A DNA stretch of 64,000 nucleotides from a virus. Lineage: Duplodnaviria; Caudoviricetes. The translations under genes were made by a program, and so were the position numbers. Within the stretch, counting starts at the first letter, position 1, and each line of letters starts with the position of its first letter. This document shows, in pieces, positions 14,387 through 23,232 of this stretch. The notes under the pieces were generated by a model, which had not been told where the DNA came from, made no database searches, and saw only the letters and a program-made list of their open reading frames with translations. The stretch is from positions 14,456 through 78,455 of IMG/VR virus record IMGVR_UViG_2862873970_000001; one strand, 5' to 3'.

Positions 14387-16031
14387 GGGCAAAAACCTAC
14401 CTGTTCGTGTCAGTGGTGGTTCTGTCCCGATTGCCCCCGAGGCGCTTGCTGAACTTCAGCCCATTATCCCCCAAAGCTATTACTACGCAGACTATTTGGG
14501 GATGGAGCTGGAGTACCGCTACGCCCTGTACGGCGAGATCTATCAGCGGTCTCCCTGGGTGCATGTCGTTATCGACAAGCGAGCAAACGCTCTTGCCCGC
14601 CTCCCCGTCAATGTCTGGGATGTCAACGGGGATACGCGAGAGCTAGACACCCGTTCGCAGTACGCACAACTCATCGCCAACCCGTGCTTGGAGATTGAGG
14701 GCGCTCCATACCTGGACCCCTTCCGCTTCTGGCACTGGATACAGACCACCATCGACATCTACGGCGAGGCCTACCTGGCTATTGCCCGCGATGGAAATGA
14801 CGTGCCTATCGGATTCATGCCGATGCACCCCTCACGCGTGGCGATCCGTCGTAACGCCAAGGACGGTAGCTACGACTACTACTTCCAGGCCGGCTCGGGC
14901 ATCAACACCGAACTGGTGCATTTCCCCCAGCGTGACGTCGTCCCCTTCCGGCTGTACAACCCCGGCAAGCTTGAGCGCGGTATGTCCAAGATGGAGGCGA
15001 TTCGCCAGACCATCTTTGCCGAGGATTCCTCACGCAACGCCGTGTCTTCCATGTGGAAGAACGGTGCGCGCCCCAACCTCATTCTGCAGACGCCCAATCG
15101 ACTGACGGACGTCGGCGCCAAGCGGCTCAAGATCGCCTTCGATCAGGCGCACGCCGGCTCATCGAACGTCGGTCAGACCCTGGTCCTAGAGGATGGCGTC
15201 GAGGCCAAGGAGTTCCAGATCTCTGCAGTGGATCTGCAGTTGGTCGAATGCCGCAAGATGAACCGCGAGGAGATCGCGGCCGTCTATGACGTTGCTCCGA
15301 CCCTTATCGGAATCCTTGAGCACGCAACGTTTTCCAACATCACCGAGCAGATGCGCGGCTTCTACCGCGACACGATGGCCCCGGTCATCGAGTTCATCCA
15401 GAGCGTCATGGACACCTACGTCGGATCGTTCTGGTCCCGCAAGAACATCATGCGGTTCGCCACCGACGAGGTGATGCGTGGTGACTTTGAGATGCGTATG
15501 GAGGCTGCCCACAAGGGTGTCTCTGTTGCAGCCATCACGCCCAATGAAGCACGAGAACTGTTGGGCTACAACAGATATGACGATCCTAAGGCGGACAAGC
15601 TCTATTGCAACTCTGCGATTCAGGAACTCGGCACGCCCGGCGAGGTTATCCGCATGAACACTGAAGCGACCGGGGTTACGCCAGATGGCATCCACCTAGA
15701 CCCTGGCCCCCAGACCACCCCCGTGCCAGCCCTCGCTCAGGGCAACAGCAGCAAGCCAGGCAAGCCACACTCGATACCCAAGAAGCCACCGACGCCCATT
15801 CCGGCCGGTGGTCAATCGGGTGGGCCGCAGCCAAGAAACCAGAACCCCTCATCCACACGCCCCAAGCACTTCCGCGAAGTGAACGCCCAAGTGGGCCGTG
15901 GCAGAACCCCCGAAGAACTCAAGGCTTTCGCCCTTGATCTGGCGGGCAAGTACCCCGACGAACTTGAGGACATTCTCGAATCGGTGCGTATGGCTATCGC
16001 CGAGCGCGATAAGAAAGGCAAGACAACTTAA
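14373..16031 (+). CDS. Portal protein (HK97 family) with Pro-rich C-terminal extension
   Basis: YGEAY, HPSRV, LEDG, REEIAAVYDV, TFSNI, ITPNEARELLG. Confidence 0.93.
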   Translation: MRTSKGKNLPVRVSGGSVPIAPEALAELQPIIPQSYYYADYLGMELEYRYALYGEIYQRSPWVHVVIDKRANALARLPVNVWDVNGDTRELDTRSQYAQLIANPCLEIEGAPYLDPFRFWHWIQTTIDIYGEAYLAIARDGNDVPIGFMPMHPSRVAIRRNAKDGSYDYYFQAGSGINTELVHFPQRDVVPFRLYNPGKLERGMSKMEAIRQTIFAEDSSRNAVSSMWKNGARPNLILQTPNRLTDVGAKRLKIAFDQAHAGSSNVGQTLVLEDGVEAKEFQISAVDLQLVECRKMNREEIAAVYDVAPTLIGILEHATFSNITEQMRGFYRDTMAPVIEFIQSVMDTYVGSFWSRKNIMRFATDEVMRGDFEMRMEAAHKGVSVAAITPNEARELLGYNRYDDPKADKLYCNSAIQELGTPGEVIRMNTEATGVTPDGIHLDPGPQTTPVPALAQGNSSKPGKPHSIPKKPPTPIPAGGQSGGPQPRNQNPSSTRPKHFREVNAQVGRGRTPEELKAFALDLAGKYPDELEDILESVRMAIAERDKKGKTT

Positions 16032-16033
16032 TA

Positions 16034-17236
16034 ATGCAGGTCTACAGCAAGGCCTTCGCCTCTATCGAAGAGGTTGCAGAGAAGGACTACGGTCCTAACG
16101 GCGGTTTCACTGCCATTCTCTCCACCCCCTCCGAGGACCGCGACGGCGACGAACTGTTCCAGGAGGAGTGGAAGGACTTTACGTTCGACCGCTACCCGCT
16201 GGACATGGACCACGGCATGTCCGTGGCCGAGACTGTCGGCTCCTTCACGCCGTACTTCGACGGCCAGAAGATGATGATGGACGCCTACTTTTCGTCCATC
16301 CCGCGGGCCCAAGAGGTCCGCACCCTCGTGGACGAGGGTCACATCCGCACCGTCTCTGTGGCTTTCATGGTCGACAAGACGAAGAAGAGCGGTGAGAAGA
16401 AGCGCGAACTGCTGAATGCCGGCATTGTTGCGATCCCTTCCAACCGGGATGCGGTAATCCTCGCATCCAAGGCCGCCAGCGCCCTCAAGGACGCGTTTTC
16501 TGACGCCACCGAGGGTGATGTGCCCGACGAGGTCAAGAAGGCCGTCCTGGACGCTCTGGGCGTCAAAGAGGCTGCGGCTCCCAAGGACTCCGAGGGTGAA
16601 GCCAAGGCCGCTGTCTACGTTGACGTTCTCCCCCGAATCGATATGGATCAGTGGGAGAAGTCCATCAACGAGGCCGTCACCAAGGCCGGCGCCACCGCAA
16701 GTGGCATCGGCAGCGACGGCGCCCTCGTGCAGGCCATCCACGACGCATCCAGCCACCTGGGTGCCGCATGCCCGGTGATCGAGGTCGCCGACCCCGGCAC
16801 GGGCGCCAGCGATGGTGCCAACAAGAGCACCGACGACGTCGAGACCAAGGATGTCGACGCCCACCAGGTCGTCGCTGGCCTGGACGCCATTATCGATGAG
16901 GCCGTTGACCTTTCGGCCACGGCTGACCGCTCCACGCTGCCCGAGCCCGTTGGGCAGGCACTGGACCTGTTGGTTGGGGCGAAGGAGGCTGTCGCCTCGC
17001 TCATGGAAATGCTCGGCATTTTCGACCCAGACGGAGACAAGTCCGTCGATCCCGCAGAGGCTTTCGCGAAAGCCCTGGATGAAGTTTTAACGCCAGACGA
17101 ATCACCCGCCGAGGCCGCTGCCGCTTCCGATAAGGAACCCGCACCCGCCGATGACGCCGCTGAGACCAAGAAGGCGCAACGAGAAAGAACCGCGCAGCGA
17201 TACGAACTGCTTGCGCGCACCAAAATCAATTCCTAA
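16034..17236 (+). CDS. Capsid maturation protease with acidic C-terminal extension
   Basis: DRDGD, MDH, TVSVAF, IVAIPSNRDA (HK97-type protease). Confidence 0.85.
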   Translation: MQVYSKAFASIEEVAEKDYGPNGGFTAILSTPSEDRDGDELFQEEWKDFTFDRYPLDMDHGMSVAETVGSFTPYFDGQKMMMDAYFSSIPRAQEVRTLVDEGHIRTVSVAFMVDKTKKSGEKKRELLNAGIVAIPSNRDAVILASKAASALKDAFSDATEGDVPDEVKKAVLDALGVKEAAAPKDSEGEAKAAVYVDVLPRIDMDQWEKSINEAVTKAGATASGIGSDGALVQAIHDASSHLGAACPVIEVADPGTGASDGANKSTDDVETKDVDAHQVVAGLDAIIDEAVDLSATADRSTLPEPVGQALDLLVGAKEAVASLMEMLGIFDPDGDKSVDPAEAFAKALDEVLTPDESPAEAAAASDKEPAPADDAAETKKAQRERTAQRYELLARTKINS

Positions 17237-17256
17237 TAGAAGGACCATAAAAGAAT

Positions 17257-18789
17257 ATGCCTACTAAGGCAGAACTGGACCACAAGGGTCGGGAACTCAC
17301 CGACCGCTTGAAGAATTTCGCCACCGAATTTGAGGCGAATGACTCCATTACCGAGGACGAGAAGGAAACCGCGTGGAAGGCCCTTGAGGGCGAGTTCAAG
17401 GCGTGGGAATCCAACATGTCTCGTTGCGAATCCGCTTCGGAGATGGCCGCGAAGCTGGCCAACTGCGGTGAGGCTCTGGACGCCAAGTCCGGCAAGAGCG
17501 TTACCAAGTTTGAGGTCGCCAGCCCGATGAGCCGCGCCGGCATCAAGGCCCTGGCGCGCGAGGCCGCGAGCCACGAAGAGTTCGCCGAGGTCTTCGGCTT
17601 CAAGGACGGCTTCCGCAAGAAGCTGGACGTCAACGTCATGCTGGGCATGAAGAGCCTGTCGAACGACGCCACCGAGGCCCACAACCTGATGGGTGAAGGC
17701 CTGGACGGTAACGCTGGCATCGCCGCGGCTGCCGCGGGTCAGACCCCGTTCCTGGGCGGTACTTTCGGTCAGGGCATTCAGCCCGACTGGCGCCCGGGCA
17801 TTGTGGAGCAACTGTTCTACCAGTTGACCATTCCGGACCTGATCAGCTCGTTCGCGACGACCGCTCCGAACATCTCGTACCTGACTGAGTCTTCGGACAA
17901 CATGCAGGCCACGAGCGTGGCTGAGGGTGGGACCTTCCCGTTCTCCAGCATCGAAATCGCTCGCGAGTACGCGCAGATCGGCAAGATTGCCAACGCTCTG
18001 ACGATCACCGACGAGGCCGTGTCCGACGCGGCCACCCTGTACAACTTCGTCCAGGGTCGCCTGCTGCTGGGCCTGCAGCGTCAGGAAGAGGTTCAGATCC
18101 TGGCTGGTACCGGTTACCCCGGTGTCGGCGGTCTGCTGAGCTTCGCTTCGAACTTCACCAAGTCTTCGGCTGGTTCGATCTACGGCGACACCCACGCGAC
18201 GGCTGGTTCCGCTCTCGTGTTCCCGCCGGCTGGCACCTACGGTGCTGGCGCGCAGGCGATCTCGCTTTCGAGCCTGCCGCTGGGTCGCGTCGTGACCGGT
18301 GCGGCCGGCACCTCGGGCGACACCGCGGGCAAGTACCCCGACCCGCTGACGGTGTCGCTGAACCTGAAGGACGTTGCGGTCGATATCGAGTTGGCCGTCT
18401 TCCAGTCCCCGACCGCGCACATCATGAACCCGCGCGACTGGCAGTTGCTGGAAACTGCTCAGGACAATAACGGTCAGTTCATGAACACCTCGTACTTCGG
18501 TAACGTTTACGGTGTTTCGCGTACCCCGGTCAAGAGCCTGTGGAACATTCCCGTCGTGACGACCCCGCTTATGCCGAAGGGTCTGATCCTGACCGGTTGG
18601 TTCGACGCGCAGTCCGTCCAGACGGCTCGCCGTCAGGGCGTTCAGATGCAGATGACGAACTCGAACGAGTCTGACTTCATCGAAGGCAAGATCACCGTTC
18701 GTGCTGACGAGCGTCTGGGTCTGCTCTGCTACCGTCCGACCGCCTTCCAGTTGACGCAACTGGTCAAGGGCGCTAACTACAGCGGTTAG
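17257..18789 (+). CDS. Major capsid protein (HK97 fold, N-terminal delta domain)
   Basis: VAEGG, KIANALTITDE, IMNPRDW, LWNIPVV, VRADERLG. Confidence 0.93.
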   Translation: MPTKAELDHKGRELTDRLKNFATEFEANDSITEDEKETAWKALEGEFKAWESNMSRCESASEMAAKLANCGEALDAKSGKSVTKFEVASPMSRAGIKALAREAASHEEFAEVFGFKDGFRKKLDVNVMLGMKSLSNDATEAHNLMGEGLDGNAGIAAAAAGQTPFLGGTFGQGIQPDWRPGIVEQLFYQLTIPDLISSFATTAPNISYLTESSDNMQATSVAEGGTFPFSSIEIAREYAQIGKIANALTITDEAVSDAATLYNFVQGRLLLGLQRQEEVQILAGTGYPGVGGLLSFASNFTKSSAGSIYGDTHATAGSALVFPPAGTYGAGAQAISLSSLPLGRVVTGAAGTSGDTAGKYPDPLTVSLNLKDVAVDIELAVFQSPTAHIMNPRDWQLLETAQDNNGQFMNTSYFGNVYGVSRTPVKSLWNIPVVTTPLMPKGLILTGWFDAQSVQTARRQGVQMQMTNSNESDFIEGKITVRADERLGLLCYRPTAFQLTQLVKGANYSG

Positions 18790-18794
18790 TCAAT

Positions 18795-18852
18795 TGGCCC
18801 CCGGATGCCCACTTTATTTGGCGTATACCAACTTTGGTGGGCTCCGGGGCCA
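18795..18852 (+). other. Long GC-rich hairpin after capsid gene
   Basis: TGGCCCCCGGA.GCCCAC...GTGGGCTCCGGGGCCA arms. Confidence 0.5.
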
Positions 18853-18876
18853 CCGAAAGGAGAGCATTTACCCAAA

Positions 18877-19137
18877 ATGATTACCATAGGCACTACCGCT
18901 ACCACCCTTGTCACGGCCAGCACCGGCCTGCCGATTATCGTTCGAAATAATGGCCCGTTCACCATCTTCATCGGGGCATCCACAGTCACGGCGGATAATT
19001 CGCCCACTGGGGGGTTCCAGCTTCATCCCGGAGAGAGTTACCAGACACCCGTGGTACAAACACCATTCTCGCTGTACGCGGTGACGGCCACCGGGAACTC
19101 TTACGCCTCCACCCTGGACGGAGATTCCCTAGCATGA
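18877..19137 (+). CDS. Hypothetical beta-rich virion protein
   Basis: IIVRNNG..TIFIG; AAAGGAG RBS. Confidence 0.65.
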   Translation: MITIGTTATTLVTASTGLPIIVRNNGPFTIFIGASTVTADNSPTGGFQLHPGESYQTPVVQTPFSLYAVTATGNSYASTLDGDSLA

Positions 19138-19370
19138 GCTACCCCATCACCCGCGTAGTGGTGAAGGATAACCCGCCACCGAAACGGCCGGTTATCTCGG
19201 TTGGGCGTATCTACCCCACCGTAATCAGCCCCGAGCCCGAGACCGTTTTCAGCACCGTGCGCCGCGAAGAGGACAGCGAGGCCGAGAAGTCGGCTGAGAC
19301 TGAGACCAAGGTGGTTCGTGGTCGGCGTCGGCCGGCGCCGAAGGCTAACGAGGCCGCGGAGTCTAAGTGA
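19134..19370 (+). CDS. Hypothetical protein (78 aa)
   Basis: Coupled at both ends. Confidence 0.7.
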   Translation: MSYPITRVVVKDNPPPKRPVISVGRIYPTVISPEPETVFSTVRREEDSEAEKSAETETKVVRGRRRPAPKANEAAESK

Positions 19371-19975
19371 CGTTCGCAACCCAACTCGCTGAGGCGTTCA
19401 CCCCCATCGGCGGTGTCTACGACGAGGCCAGCATTTCGCAGGCACTGAGTTGGGCGCAGTCCTTCATTGAGGAGTACTGCAACCGCGGCGACAACGGATT
19501 CGATGTAGTCGAGGACGATACCGTCTTCATTGACCCCAAGCCGTATCGCCAGGCGCTCCTGCCCGAGATCCCGGTTGTAAACGTCAGTGAAGTCCAGGCG
19601 CTCCTGCCGAGCCAGACTGGTGGCGGAATGGTGTGGACAACCCTCACCAATTACGCCTATGTCAATGACACCGGATTGATCTACGACACCACCGGAGAAC
19701 CCGGTGTGATGCAGAGTTTCGGACCCACCTGGCCTTGGCTTCCCGGCAGCCTGAAAGTCACCTACGACCACGGCTATGAAACCGTCCCGAAGTCCCTCAT
19801 CAACGCTGCCGTGCGCTTTGCGCAACAGTACCTGGAGAACCCAACCCTGAAGCTGCAGCGCAGCATTGGTGACGTTAACGACCGCTTCGCCGGCAACACT
19901 GGCGGCGTCGGCATCGTGATCGATGCGTTCGATGAGCGCATCCTGGACCGCTACACGCTGATATCTATCGCGTGA
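19367..19975 (+). CDS. Head-to-tail adaptor
   Basis: IEEYC...VTYDHGY..VP...ILDRY; position. Confidence 0.8.
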   Translation: MTFATQLAEAFTPIGGVYDEASISQALSWAQSFIEEYCNRGDNGFDVVEDDTVFIDPKPYRQALLPEIPVVNVSEVQALLPSQTGGGMVWTTLTNYAYVNDTGLIYDTTGEPGVMQSFGPTWPWLPGSLKVTYDHGYETVPKSLINAAVRFAQQYLENPTLKLQRSIGDVNDRFAGNTGGVGIVIDAFDERILDRYTLISIA

Positions 19976-20095
19976 GCGAGGTGTTCTTCTGCGACGTGTG
20001 TGGGATCAGCTACGAGAAGGACTATCCACACGACCACCGCACTCTCGGGACCTTGAGTCCTGAAGAGGCGCTTGCGTATTGGAATGGGAGAAAGA

Positions 20096-20440
20096 ATGCC
20101 CCAGAATCCCGGCGCACTCGCGATCACGTTTAACCCCCCCGGCGATTTCGTCGTAGACAAGTACCACACCGTGCCGGCGTCCGAAGGCGCATCCCCCTTT
20201 ACCCAGGTGGGTTGCACCAAGCAGCCCATCTCGGTGAGGGACAAGATCGACAACACCGCGTACTCCGAGGCCACACACAAGATCTACACGCCGTACAACA
20301 CCAATACGGCCCAGATCTCGGCTGAGTGGACGGCGGTCTACAACGGTATCTCCTACCGCGTCATGGGCATTGAGATCACCCCGGATGACTGGGGCCGGAT
20401 CGACTTCTGCCGATTCATCTGCAAACAGCAGGAGGGCTAA
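20096..20440 (+). CDS. Head-to-tail stopper
   Basis: Position and size; YNGISYRVMG. Confidence 0.65.
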   Translation: MPQNPGALAITFNPPGDFVVDKYHTVPASEGASPFTQVGCTKQPISVRDKIDNTAYSEATHKIYTPYNTNTAQISAEWTAVYNGISYRVMGIEITPDDWGRIDFCRFICKQQEG

Positions 20441-20898
20441 TGGCTACACAGCCACGCGATGACCGCGGGCGCTTCATGTCCAAGGCGGCTTTCATGGCCG
20501 AACTGGAAGCTTGTGGAGTTCACGCGGCCGACCTTGAGGGCTGGATCGTTGCATCCGCAATCGTGCAGGCCGCCAAGAGGGCCAAGGCCGAAGAGGTCAA
20601 GGAATACTGGAAGTCCATCGCCCCCGAGCGCGGCGACAAACCCACACACGGACGCGACGACGGACCAACGGCCTATGGGACGAACTGGCCCGAGGACTAC
20701 CTCGAATCCATTCAGGTCCATGAGGATCCAGACGGTGTGATCACCGTTGGCTCAGACCTCATCCCGCTAGCCGACTGGCTGGAATACGGATCCATCCACA
20801 ACCCCGAGCACGGGTATGGAATCCGAGTGCTACAGCACTTTGGAGGTGGCCCCGTTGACGAAGGCGCCCGCATCACCAATGCGTTGTTTATTGGATGA
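20440..20898 (+). CDS. Tail completion protein (HK97 gp10-like)
   Basis: WKSIAP...YLESI...WLEYGS. Confidence 0.7.
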   Translation: MATQPRDDRGRFMSKAAFMAELEACGVHAADLEGWIVASAIVQAAKRAKAEEVKEYWKSIAPERGDKPTHGRDDGPTAYGTNWPEDYLESIQVHEDPDGVITVGSDLIPLADWLEYGSIHNPEHGYGIRVLQHFGGGPVDEGARITNALFIG

Positions 20899-21290
20899 TC
20901 GCCGCCGACGCTGAGGAACTTGTAGTCGCCTATCTCGCCCAATCATTTGCGAACGTCGGCCTAGACATGCCTAATACGCCCCCGCTGCCCTTCTATCTAG
21001 TGAACCGCCTCCCCAGTCCCAGTGACTGGATCACGGATCATGCATTGATATCGGTACACGCCTTCGCGGCCACCCGTACCGCAGCGGCCGAGGCGGCAAG
21101 GCAACTGGACGCCGTGATGAACCCTTGGGTGCTTACCCCCAAGCTGTCGTTCAATTTGAGCAATGGCCCAGCCTCCATAGACCGCATGTGCGTCTTGGAG
21201 CGGCCGGCTTGGCACAACTACGAGAACCCTAATCTTCAACGATACTGCGGTCGTTACCGCATCGAACTGAGGATGAATCAATCCTCTTGA
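20895..21290 (+). CDS. Tail terminator
   Basis: DAEELVVAYL...ISVHAFA...RYCGRY; precedes major tail. Confidence 0.75.
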   Translation: MIAADAEELVVAYLAQSFANVGLDMPNTPPLPFYLVNRLPSPSDWITDHALISVHAFAATRTAAAEAARQLDAVMNPWVLTPKLSFNLSNGPASIDRMCVLERPAWHNYENPNLQRYCGRYRIELRMNQSS

Positions 21291-21319
21291 TAACTTAATA
21301 TTTAAGGACACAACTTAAT

Positions 21320-22327
21320 ATGACCACAGGTGAATTGTGGACAGCATTTAATGAGGTCGACAGCAACAACATTCGTAAGTGGCTGTATGGCTCTGTGCTG
21401 GTCCGCGACTGGGACCCCTCAGGTACCACCTCCCTAGAGGGCTTCACGCCCTTCGAAACTGACGGCAGCCTGAAGTCGACCCTGTTCGACGCTGACAACC
21501 CCGGCGGCCCCTGGTTCGACATCGGCGCCATTGACGTCAACGGTGTGGACTTCACGCCGCGATACAAGACGTCCGACACTGACATCTGGCAGAACCGTTT
21601 CCCGCAGCGTACTGACGTTGACAGCGACGGTGAAGACATCCAGGTCGTCTGCGCCGAGACCAACGAGGTTGCGCTGGCGCTGTACAACAACCTGCCCCTG
21701 GTGGACGTGCCCGGTACCGGTGCCAAGTCCATCCTGAGTTCGGTTGGTGCCGCGGACTTCCGCGCCACCTACTCGCTCATTCCGCAGATCATCTACCGCC
21801 AGATGCTGATCCTCGGTGTCGACGGTGAGCTGTCCAACCCGATCTATGTTGCCGAGCTTCGCCCGCGCATCTCAATCACCAAGCTGGACAAGCGTCAGTT
21901 CAACGCCAAGAAGGCGGATGAATTCGGTCTTTCGTTCGGCACCTACCCTGACCCCGCCTCGGGCTTCGTCAAGGACGCCGTCTATGGCGGGCCGGCCTGG
22001 CTGGCGCTGGGTGGTCCGGTGACCCTTCCGACCGTCAAGACCGTTACGGCTACCGCCGTTGCGGGTGGCAAGGCGACCCTGGTGTTCGCTCAGCCGACGT
22101 CGAAGAACTCGCCCTTCACCTACTCGGTGAGCCAGACCACCAGCTCCACGACGACCGCAGTGTCGGATTCGGATCTGACCACGTCGGTTGCTTCTGACGG
22201 GACGGTCACCCTGACCGTTTCCGGTCTGACCGCCACCGATGAATACACCTTCACGGTGACCGCGACTGGCGCCAACCTGACGACCGCCGAATACACGGTG
22301 TCGAACAGCGTTACCGCCCTTTCGTAA
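21320..22327 (+). CDS. Major tail protein with C-terminal Fn3/Ig-like domain
   Basis: DIGAIDVNGV, WQ, ETN motifs; LTVSGLT..EYTFTVTA. Confidence 0.85.
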   Translation: MTTGELWTAFNEVDSNNIRKWLYGSVLVRDWDPSGTTSLEGFTPFETDGSLKSTLFDADNPGGPWFDIGAIDVNGVDFTPRYKTSDTDIWQNRFPQRTDVDSDGEDIQVVCAETNEVALALYNNLPLVDVPGTGAKSILSSVGAADFRATYSLIPQIIYRQMLILGVDGELSNPIYVAELRPRISITKLDKRQFNAKKADEFGLSFGTYPDPASGFVKDAVYGGPAWLALGGPVTLPTVKTVTATAVAGGKATLVFAQPTSKNSPFTYSVSQTTSSTTTAVSDSDLTTSVASDGTVTLTVSGLTATDEYTFTVTATGANLTTAEYTVSNSVTALS

Positions 22328-22336
22328 CAACCCATG

Positions 22337-22398
22337 AGAAAGGCCCCGCAATGTGTGCGGAACCGTATCAACGGAAGAGCACACACCGGGGCCTTTCT
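22337..22398 (+). terminator. Long bulged hairpin/terminator after major tail gene
   Basis: AGAAAGGCCCCG / TGTGTGC / CCGT-atca-ACGG / GCACACA / CGGGGCCTTTCT. Confidence 0.6.
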
Positions 22399-22420
22399 TC
22401 TATCCACATAGGAGAACTAC

Positions 22421-22837
22421 ATGGCCGAACGGCCGCAGAATTCACTTGCAGAACGTCGCCAAATGGGCCTGGAAGAGTTTCGACAGCAAGTCATCGAAGC
22501 TCAATCACAGCTCGCCTCCATTCGCTTGGAAATGCCCAATGAAGAGGTGTTCGAAATCCCCCACCCCATGCTGATCTCTGACGACGCGCAGAAGCGCCTG
22601 GAGATCGTGCAGTCCTTCCAGGATCTGGATAGGGACCGTAAGAATCAGATTGTGGACCCTCCACAGATCGATGGAAAGCCCGCTGAGCCGTTGCAGATCC
22701 GCATCGCCAGGGCACTCCTGGGTGAGGAACAGCACGAGAAGTTCATCGCGGCCGGCGGTCACTCCAATGATGTGACCCTCGCCTGGCAGTACCTGTCCCA
22801 GGAGCACCGGGCAAGGGCTGAAGCTGACCCAAAATAG
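22421..22837 (+). CDS. Tail assembly chaperone (G)
   Basis: Between MTP and TMP; ends at slippery CCCAAAA. Confidence 0.85.
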   Translation: MAERPQNSLAERRQMGLEEFRQQVIEAQSQLASIRLEMPNEEVFEIPHPMLISDDAQKRLEIVQSFQDLDRDRKNQIVDPPQIDGKPAEPLQIRIARALLGEEQHEKFIAAGGHSNDVTLAWQYLSQEHRARAEADPK

Positions 22838-23223
22838 TCGAAGCCGTTATCTACATGCGGCACTTCCCCCGAGAGATTGAGGCAGACTTACTCTTTCGGG
22901 GGATCGACATCTTCGACTGGCATCAAGGCCGGATGTCCAGTCGCCGGCTCCTGGTGCTTATCCGCGCACTGGAAGCCGATCACAAATCCACCTATTGGCG
23001 TGAACGCAACGATTGGGACTGGAACGAGGAGGAATACCTCCGCGCAGCCATTGTCAATGAGATAAGACTGCTGCGAGCCGATCAGGCTGCCATCCATGCC
23101 CAGCATGACATGAAAATCGACATGGTTTCCTCACCCGCTCAGAGGAAGGCCGAAATGGACCTGGCTGAGCGCACGCGTCAAGTTCGCGAACACATCATGA
23201 AACAACTGAATCCAACTAAATAA
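22421..23223 (+). CDS. Tail assembly chaperone G-T fusion via -1 frameshift at CCCAAAA (22828-22834)
   Basis: XXXYYYZ heptamer just before stop; -1 frame is open into the 22855-23223 ORF. Confidence 0.8.
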
Positions 23224-23232
23224 GGAGCGCCG

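Noticed and set aside
16028-18759. Long minus-strand ORFs (16028-16864, 17233-18759) and similar shadow ORFs
   Set aside because: Antisense shadows of high-GC-biased structural genes
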